DNA of 62,163 nucleotides, counting the filler, from Basidiobolus ranarum (lineage: Eukaryota): assembly GCA_040143965.1 (NCBI GenBank). It is 14 parts of 14 records of this genome, joined end to end, with 100 filler letters (N's around TTAATTAATTAA, not from the genome) between each part and the next. Parts side by side here need not be neighbours in the genome. Positions count along the whole stretch, not along the records: positions 8,919 to 13,275 come from JASJQH010001992.1; positions 13,376 to 17,730 come from JASJQH010001993.1; positions 17,831 to 22,180 come from JASJQH010001994.1; positions 22,281 to 26,630 come from JASJQH010001995.1; positions 26,731 to 31,078 come from JASJQH010001996.1; 9 more parts are not named here. One strand, 5' to 3'. The translations under genes and the position numbers were made by a program. Below the pieces are notes generated by a model. The model was not told the origin of the DNA. It did no database searches and saw only the letters and a program-made list of their open reading frames with translations. Shown here one piece after another: positions 12,186-28,690 of the stretch (position 1 is the first letter of the stretch; each line of letters starts with the position of its first letter).

Positions 12186-13275
12186 GGCAAAGAATATCAG
12201 CACTGAGGTATATGGAGAGCTTGTAATTAGCAATAATTCTATACATATCTCATGTCTGTTGTTAAGCTTAGAAGGATTAGCTTTAATTAAAGAAGCCACA
12301 TATTTAAGAGCCAGAAAGGTATTAGCTTTTAATTTTTTGTATGAAATATATATATATTTAAGAAATGGACATTAACTTGTGGTGTCAATATATTTGTTCC
12401 AACAAGCCAATATTTGGTGGACCAAAAGTGCTAAAAGAACTAAAACCTCTCTACCACTTTAAGCATAAAACCATAGTTGATAAGCCCATTCAGAACAAAA
12501 AATTCACTGTATGAAGTCATCACGCTGAAAAACAAAGTAGTGAGGGGATGAAAAGTACCAATTAGTGTAAGCTTTATTTATCCAAAGAACTAATCTTAGG
12601 GTTAGTTAGAGGGGAGATAGTTACCAACTGGTTAAATCTTGATTACAAGTAAAATAAAGAAGCCATAACTACTTTAGGATTAGGTTCTTAGAAACTTCAT
12701 AGAACATTACCTAAATATAGTGTGCTTTAAGATAATCAAGGCAGGTGAATAGTAACAGAAATCAAGAAATATGAAATTCAAGTAATGCTTACATTAGGAA
12801 TAAAGGTAAAAGAGAATGGGTACAGCAATGTATCTCTATGAAAAATCTGCAAAGATTTCACTTGATCTTGATTTATCACTGAATCCCATGATCAATTTGG
12901 ATGAAACTGATTTCTGACTATAAAAAATTGATATACAGTTTGCTCAATCTATCATCCTACTGGATTGTCAATCTATTATAGGCTAAAAAAACTTTGTAAA
13001 AACTTCTCAATTGTAATTGAGTCATCTTCATAGGACACAATAAAATATTTTGGTTTTTATTCATCATTGTTAAGTCCAAGAGAAAAGTGGATAAAAAGTC
13101 TTGAACTTCACTGAACCAAAGAAACAGTTAAGTGCAGAATCTTAGAACTGTTTAAGCAGGATATATTGGCAGAGCAGATCTAACTAATATATGTCTTGGG
13201 AATAGCAGTGGGTTGCTATGTTATGGTAGAGAGTAGGTTTGCTAGGCAGCTAGGCTTGGTGTTCTATAGATGCTA

Positions 13276-13375
13276 NNNNNNNNNNNNNNNNNNNNNNNNN
13301 NNNNNNNNNNNNNNNNNNNTTAATTAATTAANNNNNNNNNNNNNNNNNNNNNNNNNNNNNNNNNNNNNNNNNNNN
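13276..13375. other. Artificial contig linker
   Basis: N44-TTAATTAATTAA-N44. Confidence 0.98.
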
Positions 13376-13496
13376 ACACAAGAGAATTCCATTAGAATAA
13401 GAAAGATGACAAATACCGTGGTAATTGATGAAAACTAGGATGTATACCAGAGATATTTATTTACACTTCGTATGCTCCAATACCAATGGTGTGTTC

Positions 13497-13787
13497 AATA
13501 TAGATATGTAATACTTAATCAACTTACTCAAGTTTGCGGTTTCCTGACTAGGACTTTGAAATGTTCAATAACTTCTTGTTGGCTCCTGCGTACATTATGA
13601 TGGACCCTGCTTTGGCGATATTGAGTGCAAACTGATAAAAGTGATTCAAGTTGCACTGGAACATTGGTTGGCATGCGAGTATACCAAGGGGTGCAAAAGA
13701 ACCAGTGCTCCAATGTTTCGATTATAAGATTCAGAGGTAGGGAATTACAAACATGAGTAAGGTGATTGAGTATTACATATCTATATT
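13497..13787. mobile_element. MITE-like element with 40-bp terminal inverted repeats
   Basis: 13497-13536 (AATATAGATATGTAATACTTAATCAACTTACTCAAGTTTG) matches the reverse complement of 13748-13787 with 3 mismatches. Confidence 0.65.
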
Positions 13788-16700
13788 AGACATGCCATGG
13801 ACTTGGAATAGTCAGGAAGGTACAAGATACAGATTCTTGCTAGGGAAAGCACTTCGGGACATATTCAATTCGGTTACTCTTGCGCTACTGATATGACCGT
13901 CTCAGTTGGGTATTCACTTGAAGCTACATGTACACTCACTCCATCAATACCATTGCAGAAACTCCTTGGGGCTAAGATGAAAAAACCCGTGATTATAGAT
14001 CGTTAGTAGTGACAACTATAGACCTTTGCATAGCACACCACGAGAGAAAGCGAAAAGAGGATAATAGAAGGTAAAGGAAAGAGAAGAAAATTTACCTCTA
14101 AATACTGCAAAGCAATCTTAATTATTTGGAGTGGTTTGACATACTGCGACAGCACCAATATTTTATATAGTTGATTGAAATTAATCAAGCAAAGAACCAG
14201 AAACTTCGGCGTACTAATCCGACTCTCGGAATGCTTTTTACTAAATCTTATCAATTATTTCCATATGCAAATCTGTATTAAATTTATAAGATTACTCACA
14301 GATGCGCATAATTGATACTATCTTGCAACATTATGTGTGTATGTCCTTACTCCCACGTATACTGAGTATTGTAAGACTGCACTGAATATCCAATGTATAG
14401 ATCGTCTAGTAGAAAAGCAGCAATAGATAGTTGTGTAAACCAAATCCTGATTGTAATGACCATTTACTTCAAACTAGGTAAACATCAATCCTAATACAAC
14501 TGATACACACATCTTGATAAGTGAAAAAAAAGGTATAAACAAAAGATGGCTAAACCAGTTGCTCACTAATCAGTGTCAATGCTTTTCTAAACTCTAATGC
14601 TAATCTATTGCGCATTACTCAAATAAACCTTACTTACATAACTGTCATAAGATTATCTGGTTAATTTAATTTATAATACAACTATATCGATTCCTTCATA
14701 CTAGATTCAAATCAGGTTGAATTGTCTCATCTCTGACTAATGCGGCTGAATGTTCCATCTGTACTAATATAGTAAGAAAAGCTGGTATGTGTGCTCTACA
14801 ATACTATCAATACATTTATATATTAGTAATGTTTAATATTATAATTAGAAATGTGGATTGTAATCAGGGGAGACCTACAGAGGTTCAGCAAACTATGTTC
14901 TAACTGACCGAGAAACTCGATTCATTGTTATATAAAGATAGAACATATTTTGTGGCACTGGATAAGAGAGCTAATGTTTATCTTTTTCCAACAGAAATGG
15001 TGAAGTGAAGGGGAAATAGAGCCAATGCCTTGTAAGCAATCTCGGTAGTTGGTGCACAGTATGTGAACTAAAGACAGGTGAGTGTTATTTAACTACTAAC
15101 TTATCGCGTATTTACTTGTTTATTACGTAACCATTGGGATAATAATACGCAAATAAATAAAATTTCAGTCGAGCGCTTAGTTCGCAGTACTGCCATTAAT
15201 GCTATTATGATATTGATCTGTAAGTGGGCTTTGTATTGTTTCAACAATTTCAAAATTTTGGTGGAACGAACCACACTACGATCTACTAACAAGGTAAAAG
15301 TTGAAGGCCCTCGACAACTGGCTATAATTCTTTGATGTCATCTACTCTCATGAAAGTTTATTCCAGTACGTGAAAGAACCAGGAAGCATTCAGGGAGCTG
15401 GTTATATTAGGAACCATCGGCATTGAATGGTATAACTTCCATGGCTTAAGCTGTTGCACTAGATTCCTGCTTGAGAGAGCAAATCGGATGAGACGAAATA
15501 TATCGATTCCTCTCAGACTGCTAGTGTAGATTAACTACTGTAATATAATTATCCATAACTCTGCATTATTCAACCCTCCACGTTCGGAATTTGATAGATG
15601 CACTATATTAATCCACAGCATATCCACAGTATTACTGTTGTATTATTGGCAGAATTCATATCAGTATATTCATATCTATGCGAGTTACATCTGCACCAAT
15701 TTGGTATGAAAAGATGGTACGTACGTTTTGTAGTAGTATTTATATATTTATTTATTAGCAATATTCAAATATTGTGCTCAGTTTATTGCGCGTTAAACAC
15801 ATCCAATACAATATAAGCATGAACAAATAGACAAAATCATAATATTTGTGAGTAAATATGCGAAGGTTTTCCAAATTTATAACTAATACATAATCTATCA
15901 AATATATAATATTGTCACGGATCATATTTGAAAAGGATACCAGCTTTTTTGTTTTCGTAGCTGCATTCACTTGATGATTTCAAAGTTGAGCTTCTGTCTA
16001 GATATACCTGTATAAGTGGGATTTAATGCAGCGTTCTTAAACCATCTCGCTATATAGAGAGACATGTAAACATTCAATTTATCAGTATTTTCTGCTATCA
16101 TGGTCATCAATGTTGGATACTTCGCTTCGACCGCTCTTTTATAGAGTAACATTTGAATGTCCATATGCCAAATGCTAATACCGCTTTACTGATACTCTGG
16201 TATACCTTTGTAGTCTACATTTAATGATTGGAATGTGAAGTAATGCAAGTAGTGTCATGCTATTGAGGGTACACTCTGAAAGCATGATTCGAATAGTTAA
16301 ATGGTCATCTAGCATCGAAGGTAATTCAGGATATTCCAGTAAGAAAATGAAACCAAGTGCGGATAATACCTCTATCAGTCATATTATTCCATTATTAGTC
16401 ATATCTTACTGTGATGTATGTAAATTGGTATTCCCAATGATAACTAATCAATATTCAAGAAATTCAGTAAAGAAACTCTAGAACTCAAGCAAATAGTGGA
16501 TAATAACAGGGAACAGAAGAGACATAGCGAGGAACTGAAACTTACTTGTGAAGTCTATTTCTATTATACACTTATATATGAGACTGTTTGGTAACATTTG
16601 TCATAATTTACGCTTATAGCATCGGAATTAACCAGTCGATGGGCCAATGCAATACACCCAGACGCTATCCGTAACACCGACCATCAAAAGGAAAGTGGCA

Positions 16701-17730
16701 TTTCTCTACTTTTGATTCACTCACATAATTTAGATCTTCATGCTTCAGGGCGATCATTCTCTACGTGAAGGGCCAACAAGGAATTCTTAATACAGAAGGT
16801 TAAGATTGTTTGCTTGAATTTCACTTTGATTGACCATTTTCCATATCAACCAAGCATACTGAATAACTTAATCCAAAGTATACTGTTGTAGCAAACCAAC
16901 ATAACTTCATTCAGAGCATTATAGTCGAATAAGTTAGATGTAAGACATATTAGTTGGAGTTCGTGTCAATGAAAGAACTTGTAGTGCTTTGAACAGCTTT
17001 GGCTTTCACCAAGTTTTTGATAAGTGGGTGAAGAGGCATGGTGATGCTACATTAAAGATAGTTCATGCACACCAACATCTCAAGCAAGACAAACTAGATT
17101 CTCTCCCTCTTATAAAACGCATGTCGCGCCTGTATAGCAATACACAAATCACACTTTGAAGTAAATACAGTCACAAACCTAATCTCTATTTCTTTATTGA
17201 TTTAACCACACCTACTGACTATTCATTTATGTCCAGATAGAGAGTTAGTGTTTAGGGATATGGAAAAAATAGCGAGCGTTTATAGTAATCATCAGCCCTT
17301 ACAGCGCTTTATTGAGCTCGTATATCTCTAGTATCCTCCTCAGAATTCAGATGCAATTCCCTCCATATTCTAATCTGTACTAGTTGAAACCATACTTGTT
17401 TATATCAACCATAACACTTTGAATAAGACTACAATGCTCATGGATAAAATATTTCGTAGGCGATTTAGCGATGACGACTCAAAATACTCTTCAATGCCAA
17501 GGTACAATTGTCACTATCCATGAAAAGAGAGAAGGAATTATTGGAGATGTTGCCAATAAGGTACCTATACACTTCAATGGAAGAAGGGGGAGGGGGAAAT
17601 TTACTGAGTATCTATGCAGTTACCATTATACTGAATCTTTGCGTTTACTTCTAATAACATTTGCGTGTACTCTGGGTACTTCAATGCAAGTAAATTGAAC
17701 AGGTTGAGAATTTTGGTGATAATTGAGATA

Positions 17731-17830
17731 NNNNNNNNNNNNNNNNNNNNNNNNNNNNNNNNNNNNNNNNNNNNTTAATTAATTAANNNNNNNNNNNNNN
17801 NNNNNNNNNNNNNNNNNNNNNNNNNNNNNN
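17731..17830. other. Artificial contig linker
   Basis: N44-TTAATTAATTAA-N44. Confidence 0.98.
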
Positions 17831-18330
17831 ATGGTTAATGGCATTCATCTTGATTCTAGGGCAATTGAGACATTCTTAGACTCATCTGGCAGGCTGCCAA
17901 GTAGTAGCATGACAATGTGATAAATATTTATAGGTGCTCCAATGAATGAGAGTTCATCTGCTTGGATCCAACTCATATGCTTAGCTAAGAATCATCAGAA
18001 TGTAGCTAAATAGAGAATAATTTTCACCTGAAATATAGCCAGTTGGCTACACTTTTAATCACATAGAGTCCCTAAAGTGCTTTTCATGCTTTTTGGGTGG
18101 TTGTAGCTGAGTATATATGTCTTGATTCAGTGTTTATAAGGTGTGGATAGAGTGTAGAGAGTAAATTTCTCTGCTTCTTGTTAAAGGTAAGGATAGCATT
18201 AGAGAGTACCTTTAGCTATATTTCTTCTCCTGTAGCAAATCCCTAAAGGTTGTGGTCTTCTATCACTATTTGCATCTTGAACTTCCCAAGGTTAAACTCT
18301 TCATCATCAAGCTTCTCTATATACACACAA
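17831..18330 (-). mobile_element. Decayed Ty1/copia gag fragment
   Basis: KLDDEEFNLGKFKMQIVIEDHNL (copia gag N-terminus-like) and later ADELSFIGAP...IVMLLLGSLPD (gag core), with stops. Confidence 0.6.
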
Positions 18331-19485
18331 AAGTTGATTATATTATTGGCAGATATTTCTAAATAGCTAGCTTGGCACACAAAACCTGATAAAAGTACTT
18401 GAGGTTTTGTAAGTGTTTTGGACAATTTTTTGATGTGTGAATTAAATACTTTTATCACAACTGCATTCTATAGCAGACTTGATCCATTAGACCAGGTCAG
18501 ATTCTGCTGCCCAATTCAGCCTGCTAACACACTTTCTGAAGCACTATGTCAGTAGCCATGGCTTGGTCCTATATCACTCAATCAGATCCTATAAGGAACA
18601 ATATGGCACCATCCCACCACAATTGGACACAATATTTTTTTGAAGATATGGTGCCAGCTTATACCAACTTACTAGATTTTGTATTTTGAATTAAAATTTT
18701 GAGAAACTGACAATGCAAGTTCTTCCTCAAGTTTGTAACTGACCAATTCTTGAATGAGTAACAAAAAACAATTTGTATTGTAATTTACCCAATCAAATGC
18801 ATAATCAAGACATTCACATGTTTATAAACAAACATATATCTCTTGGTCATCCAATATCCTGATTTTAATTGCACATATTAGCCCCTGTGTTATGAAGCCC
18901 CAGCAGTTTTGGTGCACAGGTGCCAAATCATAGCACTCAATGATGGATCAATCCTCAATATGATAATACTCAGTCTCATTGCTTAATGCATCCTCTTTCA
19001 ATCAGCAAGTTATTCATTTCATAATGGAAGCTTCTAATTGGGTGAGATTGTGAGCAGAATCAGCCATATTATGCCAAAAGGGCTGCACAAGCTTTTTATT
19101 GACAGAAATTTTTCATTCATTTTTAGTGAAACTGCTTGAATTATTAAGATGCCATTTTTTTGATACATGATGGTTGGAGGCTCTCAGTGTTTCATAAAGA
19201 TATAAGTTATCATGATACAACTGAAGCAATTTATGCTATATTTCACTGGAATCTGTTTTGTCACACATTAGGTACTGAACAGAAAAGATAGGATAATGTA
19301 AGTTTTAACAAGAGTGCTTATAAGTAGCCCAGGTTTGAAGTGATACATGCTGATGTGTTTCTGTAATTTCTTAGCCTCCTTGATCTTTCCACAGAAGGAA
19401 CTCTGCTTGAACATCTGCACTGGGTTGGTTGGTTTCATCCTGCTGAAGTTTGTCTGCCTGGGCCAGGAGCTGTGGCTTGAGGACA

Positions 19486-20075
19486 GTATGCAGTGGTATG
19501 TGTTGGCTTGTCCAGGCTAGTATGTGGTTTGTTTATTTCTACAGTCTTTGCTTCCAATGTGGAGCCTTCACTTAATGGGTCAACCAGCCATTGCTACTGG
19601 TACAGAGTTCAACATGCTGACCCAGAATGTCTCACTTGAGGTTTGTGCTTAACAGTTATTGCTTCTTCAACCATACTAGAAGCTCCATCTCTTTGAACAG
19701 GCCATGGCTGCAGTTGCAGGGCAGTAGATGTTGGAACAAGTTGTCTACCTCATGGTTGGTGTTTGGTGATTATGGCCTCAACCATAGAGCAAGCTTCATC
19801 TTTTTTGACTGGCCATGACCTCTGTTCCATGGCAAATTGCATTGACACATATAGTCTACCTTGAGGTTTGTGCTTGACTGTTATGGCTTCTATAATGTCA
19901 GTAAGAGCTTCAATATCTCTCTGAGACACCCATTGTCATAGTCTTGTGGGAGTAAGCATGGAAGCAGATTAATGTCATAGTAGTTTGCTCTCAGGTGTCT
20001 GATCTTGCTCCTACAAAGTAGAAGGCTGAATAATAATTGTCCTTTGTTGTAGCTATGCAGTGGTATGTGTTAAAC
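19486..20075. repeat. Diverged direct repeats (about 225-bp period)
   Basis: CTTGAGGTTTGTGCTT near 19635 and 19860; TATGCAGTGGTATGTGTT near 19488 and 20055. Confidence 0.6.
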
Positions 20076-20759
20076 CAGTATGCCTGTCTGGTGGCATGCT
20101 CCTTGGAGCTCACTCTTCCCCAGATATAAAGAGCTCACTGGTTGGTTTGGTTGAATTAATAAGTTGCATGCTATGATGCATGAGAATGCAGCTGGGCCTT
20201 TGAAATTTCTTCATTGACTGCTTGCTCTTCATAAAAAATGGTTGAAACATCACAGATTCTTCCAAGCTGATATTGATATCAATGGGTACTACTAACTGAT
20301 GAAACAACTTGTTGGACTCTTACCCTTGTTGGAGATTTTAACTTGAATCAAGTGGTGAGTTGTGTGGATTCTGATAAAAGTATTTAGGGGTTATGAAAGT
20401 GTTTTGGACAAGATTTAGATTTGTGATTTTGGCACTTAAGCTTTATAAAATTGAATAAGTCTTGTTTGTAGTTTACTAAGAAATAGAATTATTGGACAGG
20501 CTTAGATCATAACAAACATGCCTGTTAAGCATGGGTGAGAATTTACAGTGATTTAGAGAAGCTTTGAGAAATTGGTGGAAATTGGTTAAAGTGATCTAAT
20601 TGATATTTCTATCAATTAGAGCAATAAACTCATTTTTGAATGGCAGAAATGAGTGCTAAATAATCAGAGTACAAATAAACTAACTACCAAATTATGAGTA
20701 GCTATTTATCTAATTTCCATATTCCCATCAACTAACTATTTTGTATTTCTTTTAAATTT

Positions 20760-22180
20760 AACATATATCTTAATAATTCAAATTGTGTTTTAGCTAAAGG
20801 TTTTGTTAAGAATTCAGTATACATTTCTTCACTAGAGCAATAGACAACTTCAAGCATTCCATTCTCCATTGTTTTTCTAACAAAATGATGCCTAATATCT
20901 ATGTGTTTTGTTCTAGTATGTAGTGTAGGGTTTTTGGCTAATGATAAACAACTCTGGTTATCTTAAAATATAGTAGTAGCATGTTTTTGCATCTATCCTG
21001 AGTCTGTAAGTAACTTCCTTAACCAAATAGCTTTTGTGTAGCAGCAGAGGCAGTCATACAGTCTGCTTCTGGAGTGGAAAGTGCTATGGTTTGTTGCCTC
21101 TAACTATTCCAAGTTATTGCTTTGTTACAGTAGAGAAAGGTCTACCCTGTTGTTGATCTTATATCATCAAGGTTTCTTCTCCAGTCTGCATCACTGTAGC
21201 CTTCAAGCATTTCTGTATCAGGAGTGCCAGAGTGTTCCATAACTAGATCTACAGTTCCTTTTGAATATCTGAATATTTGTTTTACTGCAGATTTGTACTC
21301 AGATCCTGGATTTTTGAGATATTAGCTGACAGGTCCCACTGCCACAGCAGTGTCAGGACATGTTCCAATCATTGTATACATTAGACTGCCCACCATGGAT
21401 TGATAAGGGAAATCTTGGCTTTGATTTGAGTCATTTTAGGCAAAATTGGATGAAATTTTGATTAATTTCACATTGGGATCAATTAGTGTCAATAGATGCT
21501 TGCTATTTTCATGTTGAAGCCTTTTATGATATCTAGGATTTATCTAGGCTGATTCAACATCAATTTCTGATTGAGTTTTTTGCTCTTGATTTATATTCCA
21601 AGAAATTAACTTAATTCACCACATGGAAGTTTATTACCATCAACTCCTGAAACCTTGGAATAGCCTTCTGCAACTAATCTTGCTTTGTACCTTTCTGTGG
21701 TACCATATGCTTGGTTTTTGACTTTGTAGACCCATTGGCAACCAATTGGCTCTCTGCCTCATAGTGATAGACTTGATACCAATGTTTCATTGTTGTGAAG
21801 TGAAGAAAACATACCAGCCATTGCTTTTTGCCATATTTTTGACTCTGGACACTCCAGAGCTAGATCTAGAATCTGTGGCTCATCACAGAATGCTGCATAG
21901 GCATGTATATTGTCACTAGAGGTGTTCTACCAGTTCCCTGGCTTATTTCTACTTCTAGATGATCTCCTAAGTCCTGAATCATTGTCTCAAGTAATTGGGG
22001 CTAAAATTTCAGTTGAATAGGGCTCAAATAGAGCAGGTTTCTTTGTCTGAAACTTTGTGATTAGTGTTGATTTAGTTCTCTGGATCAAGAATTGTGATTT
22101 GAGGTGAAAAATTTGCTTTTTCATCAAAAATAACATCTCTACACTTAATTAACTCCTGATTTCTGGTGTGTAACAGTCTG
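20760..22180 (-). mobile_element. Decayed Ty1/copia pol (RT and RNase H)
   Basis: PIGCQWVYKVK, RYKARLVAEGY, PYQSMVGSLMYTMIGTCPD, GYSDADW and QTIALSTPEAD motifs, with many stops and frameshifts. Confidence 0.88.
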
Positions 22181-22280
22181 NNNNNNNNNNNNNNNNNNNN
22201 NNNNNNNNNNNNNNNNNNNNNNNNTTAATTAATTAANNNNNNNNNNNNNNNNNNNNNNNNNNNNNNNNNNNNNNNNNNNN
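22181..22280. other. Artificial contig linker
   Basis: N44-TTAATTAATTAA-N44. Confidence 0.98.
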
Positions 22281-25366
<3,086 letters not shown>

Positions 25367-26317
25367 AATTGAAAACACGCACAGGTTAGTCTTACTGTGG
25401 TGCTTTAGTTGCAAAGTAAGACAGTTTGATGTATTCCAGATTTTCTAGCAGTGCCTTTGCTGCCTTTACCTTGATGGTGAATGACATGTGACTTGATATA
25501 TATTTCTATTTGATAGGCAATAATATTTAATTCGTAAATAAATAGTTGCACTAATACATGAAAAACAATTTGAAATTTCCTTTTGCCAAAATAAAGTGAT
25601 AGAGAAACCAGTTTAATATAGTTGTCAGCGAAACGATTGGTAACCAAATCATTAAAATATTTAGATGGTAGTTTATTGGATATACTCTCGATTTTCAAGA
25701 GATCTGAATCCCATCCGATGGGAGAGCCTCGAACTCTAGCAGAAGACATTGGTTAACAATCACGTCTACAAAAAAGACTCAAAGATCGTCATATAGATCA
25801 GGTACATGGCGCGTGAGAAACCGATAAACATTAATGCTTATTTTTAGTGCGGTTACTGATGTTTCGGCCACATTAGGTTTGCACTTAAGTTGAAACATGA
25901 TCCTATGGATGTTACCTGTAGATACAGAGTCATCTTCGTATGATATACTCAGCATTCAAGGTTTCCGAAAGAAGCTGTTGATGTACAGAGTGGATTACAA
26001 ATTGATATGGCCATTATAGGACATTTAAGCGTGGTTATTTATAGACAATAGGTTAGGGCTAGGATCAATCATATGTATACATTCAAACTATACCCGTGTC
26101 TACAGTAATTGATACAACTGCGTAATAGTGACTAGGTCAAAGAGATTTGTAGCCATTTGGTACACGATTACATCGATTCAATTTGATGAAATCGTACTGG
26201 TTTTTATTGAAACGTATGGGATGTGATGATGGAAAGAGTCATATAAGCAACACCAGTCAAGTTAGGGAACTAATATAAACACTTGCAATTTACAAGTATT
26301 CGCCACTTTGAAGTAGC

Positions 26318-26630
26318 TTATTCAATTTGGTGAGCTGGGAATTCGAAAACGACGTCCTTGCCGGTCAACTTCTTGTAGACACCAGAGAAAGTATCGAGCT
26401 TGTACTCGAGGGAGCCAGCATCTTTACCATCAAGGAAAACCTTCATGACCTTGCTTCCATCGACCTTGACGCGAGTACGCTTGCCAACGATCTCGGTAGG
26501 ATAGACGATGTCATCAAGAATCTTCTCGTGAACAGCAGTCAAAGTACGGGATCTAGGGCGAGCTTGCTTGGCGCGGCTGCGACGAGTAGGCTTGCGCATG
26601 ATACGACGTTGAGCTATGAAAATAACGTGG
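26318..26630 (-). CDS. RPS7: 40S ribosomal protein S7 (eS7), 5'-truncated
   Basis: [14 protein letters not shown]...[26 protein letters not shown]...[15 protein letters not shown]. Confidence 0.96.
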
Positions 26631-26730
26631 NNNNNNNNNNNNNNNNNNNNNNNNNNNNNNNNNNNNNNNNNNNNTTAATTAATTAANNNNNNNNNNNNNN
26701 NNNNNNNNNNNNNNNNNNNNNNNNNNNNNN
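26631..26730. other. Artificial contig linker
   Basis: N44-TTAATTAATTAA-N44. Confidence 0.98.
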
Positions 26731-28103
26731 CGCTAACTTGGTGGCTATGTTTGCCGCTCTTCTGCTCACCTCTAAATTGACTTCCAGAATAGAGCGTGTA
26801 GGTCCCGGTAGGTGTTAATCGCATGATATTAAGTTGCATGCGAGACTTCTCATTTTGTCCATCCTGAACCTGATCATGTGAACGGAGCTTTTGGATGCTA
26901 CTTTCTAAAGGTACTGATGTGACTGGCATCGTTAAGAGCGATATACCAACAAGAGAATTGTAAATTTCAAATAGAGAAATCCCCTCACTTTATACGGAAT
27001 CACCAGTCTTGTGTGAACCTCTTGAAGAGTCGGTATTTCCGGAAAGAGCTCAAAGACCGTGATCTCAAATGGTCCAAGAGAGAAATTGCATTTGTTGGTT
27101 ACATATGCCTTGACACATCCGTGCACTCTGTTTGATTGTTATAGGATATTTATAATGGAATTCATGCAAAATAGAACTGGAGAGTCAATTTTTCGATTTA
27201 GCGAGTGGTTCAAATTATATGGTTCGTTAATTAACTACTGGACTGCCTAAGTAGACTGCCGGTATGCCTCAACTCAGATTGAAGTATGCACTGACCTAGA
27301 TACCTGAATCAAACTGTGTTTCAACCTGCATAGAATTGTCTCGCCATCCCAAATATTGGACAGCTGATTTCACCAACTTTGCCTTCATTTTAGCTTTATC
27401 GAAAAGCAAGTACCCTTTCCTCTTGAAACAAATGGCGTTGGTATGAATGTGTTTTGGATGCCCATCAATTACGTAAATGCAAGATTATTGTCTTTCTTAA
27501 TTCTCGTATAATTCAAACTTCTGATATATTCTTGCCTCGATCGCAACTCGGTAAATTTCAGCCCGAGGCTGCATTATCCATTATTTCCAGGAACATGTGA
27601 CCCATTTTGTAGTGTCAGATACATGCTCTCACAGTGATCCCCTTGGTTCACTTCAACTCCTACTCCTAGTACCTCAAAAGACTGGCCATCTCCAGTACAT
27701 ACCTTCAAATGTATGCTATTTTTTTGTGCACTTGATTAGTTATTTGAATCCAATAAACCTTGGGAAGTACCAGAAACAACATACCACTCATGAAAAGCTT
27801 ACTCAGATATCATTGAGACGGCACTATAATCATATGTTCCTCTACATCTGAAATTTGACTTGATGGTTCTGACCTCTATTATAGTTCGCTTCTAACTAGC
27901 AATCTCTTTTCTATTGGTTTTGTTTCACACAGTTGGCATTAATCTAATCTTTTGATAACCCTTTTTTCTTGCTTGATAACTTGGCCAAATGTCATCTTCC
28001 CGGGATACCTCTTTAATCTTAAGGAGTTATCTCTCAATGATACTACTATATACTAACAATGGAAACTTGTCTGAGTATGCTTCCAACACATATACAGGTA
28101 AGA

Positions 28104-28410
28104 TGTTGAAATTAGTATAGCCTAAACATCTATGTAGTCATATATAGCTTAGTATTTAGTTATTTCATTTTAAACCAAGATATCACTTGCTATTCTGAAG
28201 AGGAATTTACATGGAAGTTTGATGATTTGCAGATTTCGATAACTTGTCCTATAGGCCCCAAACTTTGCACACATATTCCTGGGACCTTCCTCAACATATT
28301 CAACATGTTTCTTAGCTCATATGTTAACAACACTATAAATGTCAACTGGTTACTACTTGAACCAGTAAGTGAAAACCATCAGTTCCCCTAGATCTTCAAA
28401 CCACTTCAAA
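28104..28410 (+). mobile_element. Diverged LTR (family A-related)
   Basis: TGTTGAAATTAG...GTCATATATAGCTTAGTATTTAG...GCACACATATTCCTGGGACCTTCC matches the other LTR copies. Confidence 0.65.
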
Positions 28411-28579
28411 CTGACCCTCAAATTACTTCAGCATATACTCTAAATAGATAAGATAGGTAATCTTAGATCTTGAATTTCTCAAAGCTGCATTTTATATGGA
28501 CATAATTTCACTGAATTTGGATCAATATTAGGTGGCACAAGCAGCCAAATTAGATGCTCTACTATATATACCATATAGA

Positions 28580-28690
28580 TGTGAAAGTATTTGGCAGCCT
28601 GTTGAAAGTGGTTTTGAGAATTAGAGAAATTGGTGGGTTTCACCTATTGATTTATGAAGTAGAAAGTTGACAACTATAGTTTGTCAAGAT
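28580..28690 (-). mobile_element. Partial LTR, family A
   Basis: GCCTGTTGAAAGTGGTTTTGAGAATTAGAGAAATTGGTGG...TTTTGTCAAGAT. Confidence 0.7.

Noticed and set aside
11178-12299. Minus-strand Ile/Ser/Thr-rich ORFs
   Set aside because: Antisense readings of the Gly/Asn-rich repeat.
26327-26686. Plus-strand ORFs overlapping real genes (also 381-629, 823-1179, 50312-50671, 55437-55697)
   Set aside because: Antisense shadows of RPS7, NiCoT, kinesin and CYP coding sequence.
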